Source of the DNA: Amphiscolops sp. MND2022
Lineage: Eukaryota
Reading direction: 5' to 3'
NCBI GenBank assembly: GCA_964187785.1
Contig: OZ076409.1
Span: 38,752,001 to 38,816,000 of the forward strand
DNA: 64,000 nucleotides
Positions 1-13,317 of the stretch are shown one piece after another (position 1 is the stretch's first letter; each line of letters begins with the position of its first letter). The notes under the pieces are model-generated. The model made no database searches. It had not been told where the DNA came from and saw nothing but the letters and a program-made list of their open reading frames with translations. The translations under genes were made by a program, and so were the position numbers.

Positions 1-3000
1 CCACAGTTGCATCGAAAGGAACGTTTAATGCCATACCCCAAAATGCAACAATAGAGCGAGATGTAACAGCAGAGCTCCTAATCGAGAACGCAGATCCGTC
101 TTTCAAAAACAGCAAAGACATCAAGCGCAGTTTCTCCAAGGCTTTCCCGAAAAAGAAGTTGATGTATGCATTCAGAACAACGAGGAGCCATGTCCATCTG
201 GAATTCCCGACACAAGAAGAATCCAAAGAAAACGAGGAATTATGGAAATCAACTTTCCTGGGCACATATACTACTTGTAGGTGACCACGAAAGCTTCAAA
301 AGAATCACTCCCTTATCATTAAAGACGTCACAAAGGAAGATGTTTTTACGGACATCAAAATGACGGCACTACTACAAGAGAGCTTCCCCGATGCTACTGC
401 TCGTAGATTTGCGAAAAAAAGACAAAAGTACTTCAAGTACTGTCAAAACTGATTTTCTCAACCGCCACGACGTGGAAAGAGCAATAACAAGTGAAATCTT
501 TCTAAACGATCAATTCGTCCGAGCAAATGAGTTCATTGAAGAGGAAAGACTACCAAATGTCCGATGCTATAATTGCCACAACTTCGGGCATATTGCCAAC
601 ACGTGCTAGAGCGCCCCGAAAAGTGGCAAATGTGCAGGAAATCACAGCACTGAAGACTGTAACTCAGAAGAATCCACATGTGCAAATTGCCAATCAAGAC
701 ACGCTTCAAACGATCCCAACTGTGAAGATGACCTAAACCATGCAAGGAAAGTCTATCCCAAAAAAACGTTCCCCTTCCGAGGCACTTACAAGAAAGACTT
801 GAATTCTATACCAGTAATGGCTAACAGGAACTCTTTTACTGTACTGCAGCTAAATCCAACCGGACTTTGAAATGCCAAACAACGACTTCTAAATAATAAT
901 CTCGAAGATCAGAAACCTGACTTTGCTGCGTTGAACGAAACCAAGAAGCAAGTACCCGAAAACTTTTTCACGAACTACCGCACTTTCTCGAGATGTAGAA
1001 GACAAAATCATTACTTTTGGAAGTGCAATCGATTTTATCAAAAAAATAACATGAAAGGAGTTTTCTTTATAGAAGATCTCAATGCCAGAAGCAGTTTTAT
1101 GTTGAGGTTAACCAACAAACAAGATTGGTGGTATTCTGGAGCATTATATCGAGAACAAGCTGGTGAACATACTAAAAAACGGTGAAAAACGTTTTACGCT
1201 GTCAATGGTTGCTCAATTATCGACCTATGTTAGACTACCGACCAACTCACGAATTGGAAGTCAATTTTATTTACTGACACTGACGGGGAGTTACTTTTGG
1301 GTACCCTAGCCGTGGGCACGTCCCGGTATACGCCAAATTTGTTCTGCCGAGCTCGTCTACAACTGAAACAGTTACTACGTTCAAACTTGACGACGTTGAT
1401 TGGAAAAAATGGGGGGACGGCCTAGAAGTGAACTTCGTGATATGTCTTTTCCGGTTGACACAACATTTAAAGACGCCATTGCAGCACGGAATATTCTGAA
1501 AGAAGCAATAAACGGCGTAAACTGAGAATGCATTCCACCAAAATCATTTACGAAACATGGCAAAATTTTCTGGAATGATCAGCTGACACAACTCAGTAAG
1601 GAAGTAAGATCAAACGCGAAAACATACACAAGGACATCCACGCCGCAAAGCAAAACCATGAGGCACTCCTGAAGGCTCGAGCGAGGTTCAAAGAAACACT
1701 TAGCACCTCAGCTTCAAAGTGGACCCTTGGGAAATTGCAAGAAGTCAACCAAGCAAAACACGGAAATGCGTTTTGGAAAAGTATCAAGGGGTCTTTCCCA
1801 CAAATAAGTAATGATCAGATTTCATCCTCACTAAAGTCTAAATCCGGACTCTGTTTTGAAAGTGATCCAAAGGCACGAATACTTCTTGACACCTTCTTCA
1901 GCGGCAAGCATCTGGAAGAAGAAGATTTCGACGTAGACTTCAAGAAATCGGTGAATGATAAGCTGAAAATGAGTTCTTGGAAAACACTGAGGTTATACAA
2001 CTGCAAAATTTGGGCTACAATGTGACTATCAGTTCGCGAGAGTTTAACCATGTCATTGAGACAGTCAGTAAAATGAATTGTTCTTCAAACGATGATTCCA
2101 TTCACCCGCGAATGATTGCAATTTCAGGCCCAACCTTCAGAACCAGCCCAATTAACCTCTTCAATAGTGGCCTAAGTTCTGCGATTTGGCCATGGTACGA
2201 AACCCGAGTACTCGTCTTGAAGAAGCCATTGAAACCTAATTACAGTGAACCTTCCGCATATAGACCTATCTCAAAGACCAGTAACATAAGAGAACGTTCC
2301 GAGAGAATACTTAACAAGCGGCTGATGACGTTCATGTTAGAGAATAGTCTGATTGACCCAGAACAAGAAGGGTTCTTGAAAAACAAGATTACAACGAGAT
2401 CACTTTTCCGATTGAAAATCGAATTCGAAATTATGAAGAAAAGTAAGTTGAAAGCTGCTCTGATAAATCTAGTCTTGAGAAAGCGTTCGATAGCGTCTGG
2501 TATAATGGTTTACTGTTTGAACTTAAGATAGCAGGTAATCGCGGACCCTTATTCAAGATACTCCAAACTTTCCTCAAACATCGGGTGGTCAGAACACGAC
2601 TAGAAGGGCGACTCAGTCATCAAGTACAGCCAAAACAAGGTGTTCCCCAAGGCAGTATGCTATCACCTCTACTCATTATTTTCTATATCGCAGAAATGCT
2701 TACAAATACCACAGGTATCAAGTTCAAGTATGCAGATGACTCGCAAATACTTGTGTCTACTCCTGTGGAAAGCGCGCTTCATCGAATTTTACAGAGGAAC
2801 ATCAACATCGTCGAAAAATATTGCAGGACATGGAGAATTCAGATAGACAGATCCAAAACGGAAATATTGCAAATAAGCTACGATGGTCTGACGACTTCTA
2901 TTTTCACACTGGAAAATGAAGTGTGCAAAGTTGAAAGCAAAACCAAAATTCTGGTCTTGATTGTCGATAATGCTTGTACTTTCAAGGATCACACGGAACT

Positions 3001-3573
3001 GGTGGTTGCCCGTTGCAAGAAGAAATGGAGAGAGCTGCGAATTCATTGTACTAACAGAAGGGGTCTGTCCCAAAACACACGTACTGCTTTATCCATACAA
3101 AACGCTGATTCTACCAACCCTACTGTACTGTGCGCCTGTGTGGTCGAACCAAAAGAAATCCGCTCCTCACCAAATTACTACAGCAGAGAGAACTTTTATC
3201 AAAACTATTTATAAAAAATGAAGGAACCGTAACTTTTGTGACTATCCACAGAAACAAACTGAAAACATTCTACAACAAGAACAACCTTGACATAATTGAC
3301 CCCTTGAGCTACACTGCAAATATCAGTCGAACCCATATACTGCGACAATGGAATTCCAGATGGCAATACACTGACTTGAAACCAACCTTAAAAAATTTGT
3401 TTCCCGAAAAGACCCTGACCCCGCTTTGATAAACTCTCTTTACAGAAGGCACTCATGAGGCTTGCCTTCGAAGTACTCATGGACATCAATCCATCCCTGA
3501 AAAACATTGCCTACAATGAAGCATGAATGCCAGCCCGATGTGCTCCTGTCGCATAACAGAAGAAATTGACGTC
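1..3573 (+). mobile_element. Decayed non-LTR retrotransposon (LINE, APE+RT type; I/Jockey-like), 5'-truncated by the window and 3'-truncated by the gap
   Basis: ORF1 remnant with gag-like zinc knuckles (RCYNCHNFGHIANTC*, then KCAGNHSTEDC, CANCQSRHASNDPNC, ~560-725). ORF2 from ATG 817 (MANRNSFTVLQLN.., LNETK, DLNAR: APE motifs). RT motifs: KKPLKPNYSEPSAYRPIS, EQEGF, QGVPQGSMLSPLL, KYADD (~2200-2750). C-terminal SPMCSC..EE knuckle. Many stops and frameshifts. Confidence 0.9.
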
Positions 3574-3773
3574 NNNNNNNNNNNNNNNNNNNNNNNNNNN
3601 NNNNNNNNNNNNNNNNNNNNNNNNNNNNNNNNNNNNNNNNNNNNNNNNNNNNNNNNNNNNNNNNNNNNNNNNNNNNNNNNNNNNNNNNNNNNNNNNNNNN
3701 NNNNNNNNNNNNNNNNNNNNNNNNNNNNNNNNNNNNNNNNNNNNNNNNNNNNNNNNNNNNNNNNNNNNNNNNN
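3574..3773. other. Assembly gap (200 N)
   Basis: Run of N; the LINE is on the left and an unrelated LTR on the right, so adjacency across the gap is unproven. Confidence 0.99.
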
Positions 3774-4006
3774 GACATTGTCAATCGTCAATGAAACTTA
3801 GATCTTTCCTTTTAAAGTACCAAACATAACATTAACTGAGATACGGATGTTTATATATGTTTATAAACATCATACTTTTGTTTCGTACTGAGATTATATC
3901 ATTTGATATAGAAAGATAGTTAGAGAAAGATCGCGTGACAATCCTTTCGGTTCGAGAGAGATTTTAGATAAAACTTTCGTTTTTTCATTCATTCAAGAAA
4001 TAGAAA
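3774..4006 (+). repeat. Partial, diverged 5' LTR of gypsy copy 1
   Basis: Aligns by eye to 9435-9659 (GACATTGTCAATC..CTTAGATC..CAAGAAATAGAA), followed by a degenerate PBS (..GGCTCAGTCAGC); the start is lost in the gap. Confidence 0.85.
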
Positions 4007-7000
4007 TAGGCTCAGTCAGCAATCTAAATTATCCAAGAAACTTTTATCGAAACAAAGAAGATGACAGAAAAAAGCAAGAATGAAGTACCGAATTTCGAAG
4101 CCACATTAGACGGAAAAAAATATTTACACCAAAACAATGGCGCGAAAGATTTCGGCAATATACGAAGAGAAAACACAAAATGGACATCACTGAACTAAAA
4201 TGGCGAATTGAATTAACACAAACCGGTTAGTCCGGAAAAGAAGCAGAAATCCAAGAAGACTTCAGATGGGGTCTGTGCCGAAGCACTTTACCAGATGACA
4301 TGGGCGGAATACAAAACAGAGAGCAACAAAATAGCGGTGAAAGACCTAATCCGACTATTCAACGAATTTTTTCTACCAAAACGGAACACCTACCACAACC
4401 GTGGGGAATTCTTCGGGACAAGACAAACCGAATCCGAAACACCAGAAGACTTCTGTCGGAGACTGATAAAAAGAGAAAAAAAAAGTGTATTTGAAGGAAT
4501 AACAGCCGAAGACTTACTTATTTCAAAATTGAAGACCGCAATTATACACGCAAATCTCCGGGACAAATAGATAGAAGAGAAAAAACTGGAACTGAGTAAA
4601 ACAATAGAAATGAATAAACAAAACACATAGGAATGAACAAACAGTAAAAATTCCATACCGGAAGCTCTGATTTCAAGCCGAGAAAAAGAAACAAAAGAAG
4701 AGCCAATACAAAGAATGGAAAGATCTGATGCAAGACTGAAGAACAGTTTTACAAATGAGAAACCATGTAAATTTTGTAACGCACCGAAATGGAACCAAAC
4801 TCACAAATGCCCGGCATTGGGAAAACTTTGCAATAACTGCGGAAAAATGGGACATTTCGCACGCATATGCACACAAAAAGCTACAAACGCAAAGTACGCA
4901 AGGTAACTGAAGACGAATCAGAGGCAATTCCAGGAGAATCCGACGAATCAGAGACAAGCATACACAGAATCAAAAGAATAAATAGAATCACCGACAGAAA
5001 CCAATATCTAACAACAATAGTAAAAGTAAACGGAATTGAGAAAAAATTCAGAGTGGAAACCAGGTCACCAAATTCAATAATGCCCGTAGACGAAAAGATA
5101 ACGAAGCAAACCGAGATACAGAGAGTGAAACACCGGTATCACGGTGTCAAGGTGTAAACAAAAATGAAGTGAAGTTCCGGAGGAAACTACCGGAGAATTT
5201 TGAATACGAGAACAACAAACAGAAAATGCAAATTCTGATTACCGAAAGACACGACATTACACCGCTACTCGGAATGGATGGGATGAGACAAATTCAAATT
5301 ACCAAATGGAAACATCCGAGTGCAGGACAGTAACTAATCAGAAAAGAGACAAATAATCGAGAAGTTCCCGGATCTATTCAAAAATAACACTATGGATACG
5401 GATAAAAGATACTGAGATCAAAATCCAACTGAAAACGGGACATTATCCGCTGAAACAAAATGTAAAACCGATCCCCCTACACTTAAAAGACGACGCCGGG
5501 AGAAAACTGGACAAACTAATAAAAATCGGACTTTTGGAGAAAGTAAAATATGTAGATGAAGACTGTTTTGTTTCACCGGTGATAATTACGGTAAAAAACG
5601 ACAAGTCGGTAAAAATTGCATTAGGTTCGAGAAAACTGAACAACAGTTGCAAAAAAATCCGACCAAACATGCATGCCAAATATGGAAGAACTGTTAAATC
5701 AAATCTCGGTAGAAATCACAAAAGACCAAACGCAAGAACTAATTAAATCGAAAAATGATCTCAACTATGCGTAAGGCCAGATGAAATTATCAATGGAAAC
5801 AAGCCGACAATGTGTATTCGCAACAACAGGAGGAAAGTTTAGCGGATATTACCGATTCAAAAGAGGATCTGCGGTCTTGGCGACATCCCAACAATATTTC
5901 AAGAGAATTTCGATCGAAGTTTGGAATACCCTACACCGGCATGGCTAGACGATACAAAAGTGGAAACCCGAGGCGACCGGAAAGAACACGAAAAGAAACT
6001 ATTCGATGTATTAAAGAAACTAGAAAACACAGGATACCGAGCAAGCGAAAAAAAATCCGAATTTTTCTTAAGGAAATCAAGTTGGCTCGGACACGAAATC
6101 GATGAGACGGGAATCACACCGAACAAAGAAAAATTGAAAGCATTTTTGGATTTGAAACACCCAGAATCTCAAAAACAATTGTAGTCATTCCTCGATGCAA
6201 TACAATACCATGCGAAATTCTTACTGAGACCATCGCAAAAAACGCAGAGACTCCTAAAAAAGGACTCGGTATGGAACTGGGGAAAACAACAAGACGAGGA
6301 TTTCAACAACATAAAAGAAATGTTAACCGAAGAACCCTGGTTAGCACATTACGCAAAGGACAGAAAAAACATCGTTACAACCGACGCTAGTAAAACCGGA
6401 CTCGGACTAATTTTATGGCAGAAACACTCCGATGGAGAAATAAAACCGATAGCATTCGGCAGCAGATATCTAAATGATAGCGAAAAGAATTACTCAATCG
6501 GAAACTTAGAACTACTTGCAGTTGTTTGGGGATTAGAGAAACTCCGATTTTATTTATACGGAAAGAAAGTCTTTTCATATACCGACCACCAAGCACTTGA
6601 ACCCTTGATTAAAAGAAACCGATGTAATAGACAGTAGAGCGCATGACTAACTAGATGGTTAGACCCAGTCGCGCACTTTGATATTGCCATCCAACATATC
6701 GCAGAAGCAATTTAAAATTCACCGACTTTCTAAGTAGAAATCCGGTGGCAAAAGCAGCGAGCGAAGACGTATACGATGAGCAATATGGAAATAACATCCT
6801 TTCAGAACATGTCGAATTAAACGTAAATTACGGACCACTATTCATTGACCAATCACAAAACGCACCGGAAAGAATTAAAACAACCGAAGAAAATCAAAAC
6901 CACCAATCACATCGGAATAGAACGTTTGGGAAAAACCGAGACGTGAACAAAAATTACGATTAGGCGGAAAGCGCATCGAACAAACGCCGACAAAAAGCTA

Positions 7001-9398
7001 AAACGGACAGTTCAATCCAAAACTTAAGAATAAATCTGATTCCAAATTCACACTTACCAAAAGAATTACCTCTATTTCAGAATGAAATCGACAGAGACTA
7101 CTTGCATTGCGGCGCAACTGTCGAAATTATGGAGATAATAAGAAGACGAAGAAAGATCCCAGAAACCCTTAGACTCGTAGAAAGACGGCTGGAAATCTCC
7201 CAACCTGGAGCATTGCACCGGAAAACCGACATGATCGCGCAAATACAAATTTGAGTCCTCTTAAGACCCCGAAAAAAAGAAGCTGTGAAGAAATTGCAGA
7301 GATCTACAGCGAATTGATATCGAGGGCGAACAGATTCGGCGGGGGATGGATATCAACGCCTTAAAAACGAAGAGAAGAGGAACAAGAACCCCAACAGCCG
7401 GAAACAATTGAAGACACCGAACAAGAAAGTGAAGGTGAAAGCCAAGGAATCTGGTGCGACAACTTCCCTATCGTCGACCTAAAAGCATATAATACGGAAT
7501 GAAAAGAAGCCCAGTTCAAATAGATAAACCAAGTCATTGAAAAAGTTACCGGCGACAAGAAGAGCACTGAAGACACGATCAGAAAGGCCGAGTTTAATTT
7601 TATGCTCGACTTGAAGATATTGATTGCAAAATCATCAACGGATGCCGAAGTCAACCGAGTACGAGACGCAATGAGACGCGGCGAAAAAAAACACGGCTCC
7701 GGACCAACACTGAACGATATTCGAGAAGCTGAACAACAAATGGGGGCTGACAATCAACGATGACCAAAAAATATTACCTACCGAACTGAGAAAGAAGCTG
7801 CTAGATACTTTACATTTCGGACACGCCGGAGCTACCAAAAGGACAGCAGAGGCCAAAATCATTTAGTGGCCGAACATTCAAAAAGAAATTGAAGACAAAA
7901 CAATAACGTGGGTGGCCTGCATGTCATCGGGTAGAAATTTAAAATATCAAATTACCGAAACATGAGTTCCGAAAACTAAAAACATTAACGGAACCGGGAC
8001 AAGAATTTCAAATTGATTTTTCCGGAAAATTAAACAACAAAAAACTGAACGGAGAACATCAGATACTAATCGCAATGGAGGGATTCAGTAATTGGCCAAC
8101 CGCCAAAATTTGCAAATCATCGAAAACAAAGGAAGTATTAAACTTTTCAAACAAATTTTTAATTTGTACGGATTAGGGGAGAGAAAAAAATCGGACAAAG
8201 GGGGGCATTTGTCTCAAAAGAATACAAAGAATTTGGACCTCGAAAAACATCGAAATTGGATACAGCACACCGAGAATGCATACCGGTACGGGAGCAGTAG
8301 AACGCGCAATACAAACATTGAAGAACCTAATTATTGCGGACTTGGAAGGCAACACATGTTTAATCGAATGCGTAAGTAGAGCATTGAACGTCATGCAGTT
8401 CACGATACATAAGGGACTAGAAACAACACCGTTTGAATTACACCACGGCTGGAAACCACGGACCGAAATAACAAACATAATAAAAGACGAAAATCGTTCC
8501 TTTCTAATTGGTCGAGACTACCTGTTTTAGCATACAATCGACCAAAGATACCAATCTATGTGACCAGAAATGGTGAAGGAGAACTATCCAACCATGTTAG
8601 CATGGCCCGAACGGAAATGGAAGAGAAGGCAATATCCGAAAAATCACCGAAGAAGAAAAATTCGGTTGGTAGATATCCTTTTCAATTCTTTGAAAAAAAA
8701 ACATAAAAGAAAATCATTGGAATAAAATTTCAGAAAAACATACAAACCACGGTAAATGGCACGGAACACATCGTAACCACCGGTACCGGAAAAATAAATC
8801 TGAGAAATTTCTTTTCGGACCCGATTGTATTTCAGAATGAAAGAATGACAGCGCCGAAGACCGGAGACACCATCACTCCAAAAACCGACACTGACTCAGA
8901 GGAGTCGATGGAAAGTACATCCAATGGAATGAAATCCTGAGAGATGTACTAAACGGAAAGCTGAAAAGTGTACAAAACCGAATCTGACTCCGAGAGTGAG
9001 GAAGGCGAAAGAGACGAGGAAGAAAGTGATTTCGAGGATCACGATACCTTCGAAAAATACGGCCGCTATCGAGCAATTACAAAATCCCCGAGGACGAATT
9101 AAACATACATACGGACGGAGAGATAAATTCTGGTGAGAAACAAACAAATAATAAAATCACCAAAAATGAAATAATAAGACGGTCCAAATGTGAAAGCAGA
9201 TACGGGGGGATTACGTATACAAAACTTTCTGGGTGTGAATTAAAAAGTTTTAAATGTCACAGGTGTTACTGGCGAAAAATGGAACAACCAAAAAAAAGCA
9301 CCCAAACCGCTAACGAGGCTTGCAGACTTCATCCGAGAGAAAACCCCAACACCTAGAACATCAAAACTGTAACCGAAGAAGATCCAGAAGGGAGGAAT

Positions 9399-9659
9399 TG
9401 TAATACGGTACACATACCGGATCGATCGTTCGGTGACATTGTCAATCAAACTTAGATCTTTTCCTAAAGTACCAAACAGAACTTTCATCGAGATACCTAT
9501 GTTCATATATATTTGTAAACATCATCTTTTTGTTTCGTACTGAGATTTTATCATTTGATATAGAAATATAGTTAGAGAAAGATTGCAAGACAATCCTTTA
9601 TGTTCGAAAGAAATTTTAGATAAAATTTTTGTTTTCTTACTCAACCAAGAAATAGAACA
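9399..9659 (+). repeat. LTR (261 bp, TG..CA), copy A
   Basis: Preceded by PPT AGAAGGGAGGAA; begins TGTAAT, ends AGAACA; immediately followed by PBS TGGCGCAGTC (tRNA-Ser-type). Confidence 0.9.
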
Positions 9660-10012
9660 TGGCGCAGTCAGCAATCTAAATTACCCAAGAAACTTTTCTC
9701 GAGACAAAAAAGATGACAGATAAGAGCAAGATTGAAGTACCGAAATTCGAAGCCACATCAGACGGAAAAAGAATATTTGCACCAAAAAAATGGCTCGAAA
9801 GATTTCGGCAATATCCGAAAAGAAAACACAAAATGGACATCACTGAACTATTACGTTGAATTGAATTAACACAAACCGGTTGGTCCGGAAAACATGCAGA
9901 AATCCAAGAAGACCTCAAATGGGGGATCGGTCTCGTAGCACTATACCAGATGACAAGGGCGGAATACAAAACAGAACCCGACAAAGTAGCGGTGAAAGAC
10001 CTTATCCGACTA
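9660..10012 (+). mobile_element. PBS plus 5' gag fragment of a second gypsy unit sharing the upstream LTR (repeated at ~12538-12890, 20101-20454, 22988-23340)
   Basis: TGGCGCAGTC directly after the LTR CA; the sequence parallels 4007-4360 (MTDKSKIEVPKFEATSDGKRIFAPKKWLERFRQY..) and then breaks off. Confidence 0.85.
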
Positions 10013-10439
10013 TATAAATTCTGAAAACCTCAAAAAGTGGTGGACAGATTCACCGAACCAAAAACCAAAGTTCATCAAAATGGTGAAAGAATTGACAGTC
10101 AAGCACCCACTTGGGGTTGTCATAAGTCACGAGATCAATCAATCCTGCACTGTTGCGGCAATGGAAGACTCAACATGGTCAACCTGAAGTTTGAGGGCGC
10201 GACATCCTCCCAGGCATAGTGTCAATCTGCGTCGAATGGCAAAGCTGATTTTTGTACGAATTAGGCCAATTGCGTCAGAAAAGTTCTCAAATCCTCTGTG
10301 AGATGTTCAACGCAAGTCTTGACATAACTTTCAAACCCAACGGTCCTGGGCCATATCAGTACAGGCAAATAACAGCAAGTTGATGGTGCTGTGTACCATT
10401 TTTTTGGTTCTCTGATCATAATTCAAATTTTCTAAATTT

Positions 10440-11130
10440 CGTTTTGTTTGTTACCATCTTTGATGTTTCGGAGACAGTATGCTGCGCGAGGATTGAAGAT
10501 CTTCACGTCAACAAATGCACGACAAAAGCGGGAATCCCAGAGTCCATTGGCCTTGATATCGAGGCGGGCTTCATCTTTAGTGCATGTGGTTTGGTAATCG
10601 AAAGATTCGCCTTCAACGTCAGAAGGCTGGGTTCGTTTTCGATATCACAACAAACGTCTCTCTAAATATTGGCGAAAGTGTCACGGTACTCATTTTGGCG
10701 CATATGAGCGTATCCTCCGCTGCCGCAGTGGAGTGCGTGTGAGATTGCGAAGTCTTCCCCGCAGAGGCATTTTAAGTGAAGATTTTCAGGCTGAAGGCCC
10801 AACTGTCCTGAAACTCGGTTTTTGTCAGATCCAAGACATAGTGTTTCAATAGTCGAGCTGTGAGCCACTTGAAGACACAGGTTTCAGATGCCAGAGCCAA
10901 GGACTATTGTTGATTGGTTTCAAGTGTCGTCTGCGGTGAGACAGTTTTTGTTTTCAATATTCCGTTTCTCGATGATCTCATTGCTTTTTTCTCTTCATCG
11001 ATGTTCACTGCATCTGCGTTCTCGAGGTGTTGGCTGACTTTTTGTGACCATGTGAGATCATTTTTTCTATCGTCAAAAGTTGTTAAACCCTCCGTTTTTC
11101 TGTGGAAGTGCCAGCAATTCCCTCATCGGT
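10440..11130 (-). mobile_element. Fragment of a CRE-like (RLE-type) non-LTR retrotransposon: RT C-terminus, CCHC finger, restriction-like endonuclease
   Basis: Minus-strand translation: RELLALPQKNGG; ASETCVFKWLTARLLKHYVLDLTKTEFQD; CLCGEDFAISHALHCGSGGYAHMRQNEYRD; DIENEPSL; EARLDIKANGLWDSRFCRAFVDVKIFNP. This matches the CxC..HAxxC / RHN / ARLDI..FxDV signature of CRE-clade elements. Confidence 0.82.
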
Positions 11131-12276
11131 GACGACTGTGGATTTTGTCCGGTCATGTTGGGTATTAAGGGTTAGGGACAATTTGCCGAAAGACGTTTTG
11201 TCGAAAGTCAATTTGCCGAAACCCAATTTGCCGAACGTGAAGGACAATTTGCCGAATTTTTTGGGCAAATTGTCCCTTTGAATTTGCCGAATTTTGTAGA
11301 GACAATTTGCCGAATACACAGCGTTTTCAAATAACAATGTTCTTGGGTGTCGGATATGCCCCCATTTCTTCAGTGCCCCGCGGCCCCTTGGGGCCCCTTA
11401 TGTTCCCATCTTGCTAAGCGAGGTCGAAAAGGAGCAAACACCTAGCGAACGCAATGATCGCGGAGCGTGCATACACCGTATATGACCCCATATTAGGTGA
11501 GGAGAAGTACCTAATCTATTTCCAACGCTTCGCCGAAGAAGAAAAATTCGGTTGGTAGATATCCTTTTCAATTCTTTGAAAAAAACATAATAGAAAATCA
11601 TTGGAAGAAACATTTCAGAAAAACATACAAACCACGGTAAATGGCACGGAACACACCGTAATCACCGGTACCGGAAAAATAAATCTGCGAAATTTCTTTT
11701 CGGACCCGATTGTATTTCAGAATGAAAGAATGACAGCGCCGAAGATCGGAGACACCATCACTCCAAAAAACCAACAGTGATTCAGAGGAGTCGATGGAAA
11801 GTACATCCAATGGAATGAAATCCTGAGAGATGTACTAAACGGAAAGCTGAAAATTGTACAAAACCGAATCTGACTCCGAGAGTGAGGAAGGCGAAAGAGA
11901 CGAGGAAGAAAGTGATTTCGAGGATCACGATACCTTCGAAAAATACGGCCGCTATCGACCAATTACAAAATCCCTCGAGGACGAATTAAATATACATAAA
12001 TTAAATTCTGGTGAGAAACAAACAAATAATAAAATCACCGAAAATGAAATAATAAGACGGTCCAACTGTGAAAGCAGATACGGGGGGATTACATATACAA
12101 AATTTTCTGGGTGTGAATTAAAAAGTTTTAAATGTCACAGGTGTTACTGGCGAAAAATGGAACAATCGAAAAAAAGCACCCAAACCGCTAACGAGGCTTG
12201 CAGACTTCATCCGAGAGAAAACCCCAACACCTAGGACATCAAAATTGTAACCGAAGAAGATCCAGAAGGGAGGAAT

Positions 12277-12537
12277 TGTAAAACGGTACACATACCGGAT
12301 CGATCTTTCGGTGACATTGTCAATCAAACTTAGATCTTTTCCTAAAGTACCAAACATAACTTTCATCGAGATACTTATGTTCATATATATTGGTAAACAT
12401 CATATTTTTGTTTCGTACTGAGATTTTATCATTTGATATAGAAATATAATTAGAGAAAGATTGCGCGACAATCCTTTATGTTCGAAAGAGATTTTAGATA
12501 AAATTTTTGTTTTCTTATTCAACCAAGAAATAGAACA
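12277..12537 (+). repeat. LTR (261 bp), copy B
   Basis: Same PPT / TG..CA / PBS context as 9399-9659. Confidence 0.9.
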
Positions 12538-13317
12538 TGGCGCAGTCAGCAATCTAAATTACCCAAGAAACTTTTATCGAGACAAAGAAGATGACAGATA
12601 AGAGCAAGATTGAAGTACCGAATTTCGAAGCCACATCAGACGGAAAAAGAATATTTGCACCAAAAAAATGGCTCGAAAGATTTCGGCAAACTCCGAAAAG
12701 AAAACACAAAATGGACATCACTGAACTATTACGTTGAATTGAATTAAAACAAACCGATTGGTCCGGAAAACATGCAGAAATCCAAGAAGACCTCAAAGGG
12801 GGGATCGGTCTCGTAGCACTATACCAGATGACAAGGGCGGAATACAAAACAGAACCCGACAAAGTAGCGGTGAAAGACCTTATCCGACTATATAAATTCT
12901 GAAAACCTCAAAAAGTGGTGGACAGATTCACCGAACAAAAAACCAAAATTCATCAAAATGGTGAAAGAATTGACAGTCAAGCACCCACTTGGGGTTGTCA
13001 TAAGTCACGAGATCAATCAATCCTGCACTGTTGCGGCAACGGAAGACTCAACATGGTCAATCTGAAGTTTAAGGGCGCGACATCCTCCCAGGCATAGTGT
13101 CAATCTGCGTAGAATGGCAAAGCTGATTTTTGTACGAATTGAGCCAATTGCGTCAGAAAAGCTGTCAAATCCTCTGTGAGATGTTCAACGCAAGTCTTGA
13201 CATAACTTTCAAACCCAACGGTCCTGGGCCATATCAGTACAGGCAAATAACAGCAAGTTGATGGTGCTGTGTACCATTTTTTCGGTTCTCTGATCATATT
13301 TCAAGTTTTCTAATTTT

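Larger units (their letters stand above)
3774..9659 (+). mobile_element. Decayed Ty3/gypsy LTR retrotransposon, copy 1 (partial 5' LTR, gag-PR-RT-RNaseH-spacer-IN, PPT, 3' LTR)
   Basis: Gag knuckles CKFCNAPKWNQTHKCPALGKLCNNCGKMGHFARIC (4765-4870). Degenerate protease VNGIEKKFRVETRSP (normally ..DTGS). RT: FVSPVIITVKNDKSVKIAL-SRKLN, WLDD. RNase H: TTDASKTGLG, LELLAVVWGLEK, TDHQAL. Integrase: LHFGHAG, QIDFSG, TGAVERAIQTLK, TPFELHHG. Domain order RT-RH-IN indicates Ty3/gypsy. Multiple frameshifts and stops. Confidence 0.93.

Noticed and set aside
811..824. TAATG stop-start overlap between LINE ORF1 and ORF2
   Set aside because: The TAA is not in the apparent ORF1 frame (HLQERLEFYTSNG*), so coupled reinitiation is not supported.
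3430..3830. ORFs spanning the N-run and an apparent LINE-LTR fusion
   Set aside because: Artefact of the assembly gap.
11174..11320. Regularly spaced AATTTGCCGAA repeats resembling a CRISPR array
   Set aside because: Repeats are ~11 bp with very short, related spacers; no cas genes; eukaryotic TE context.
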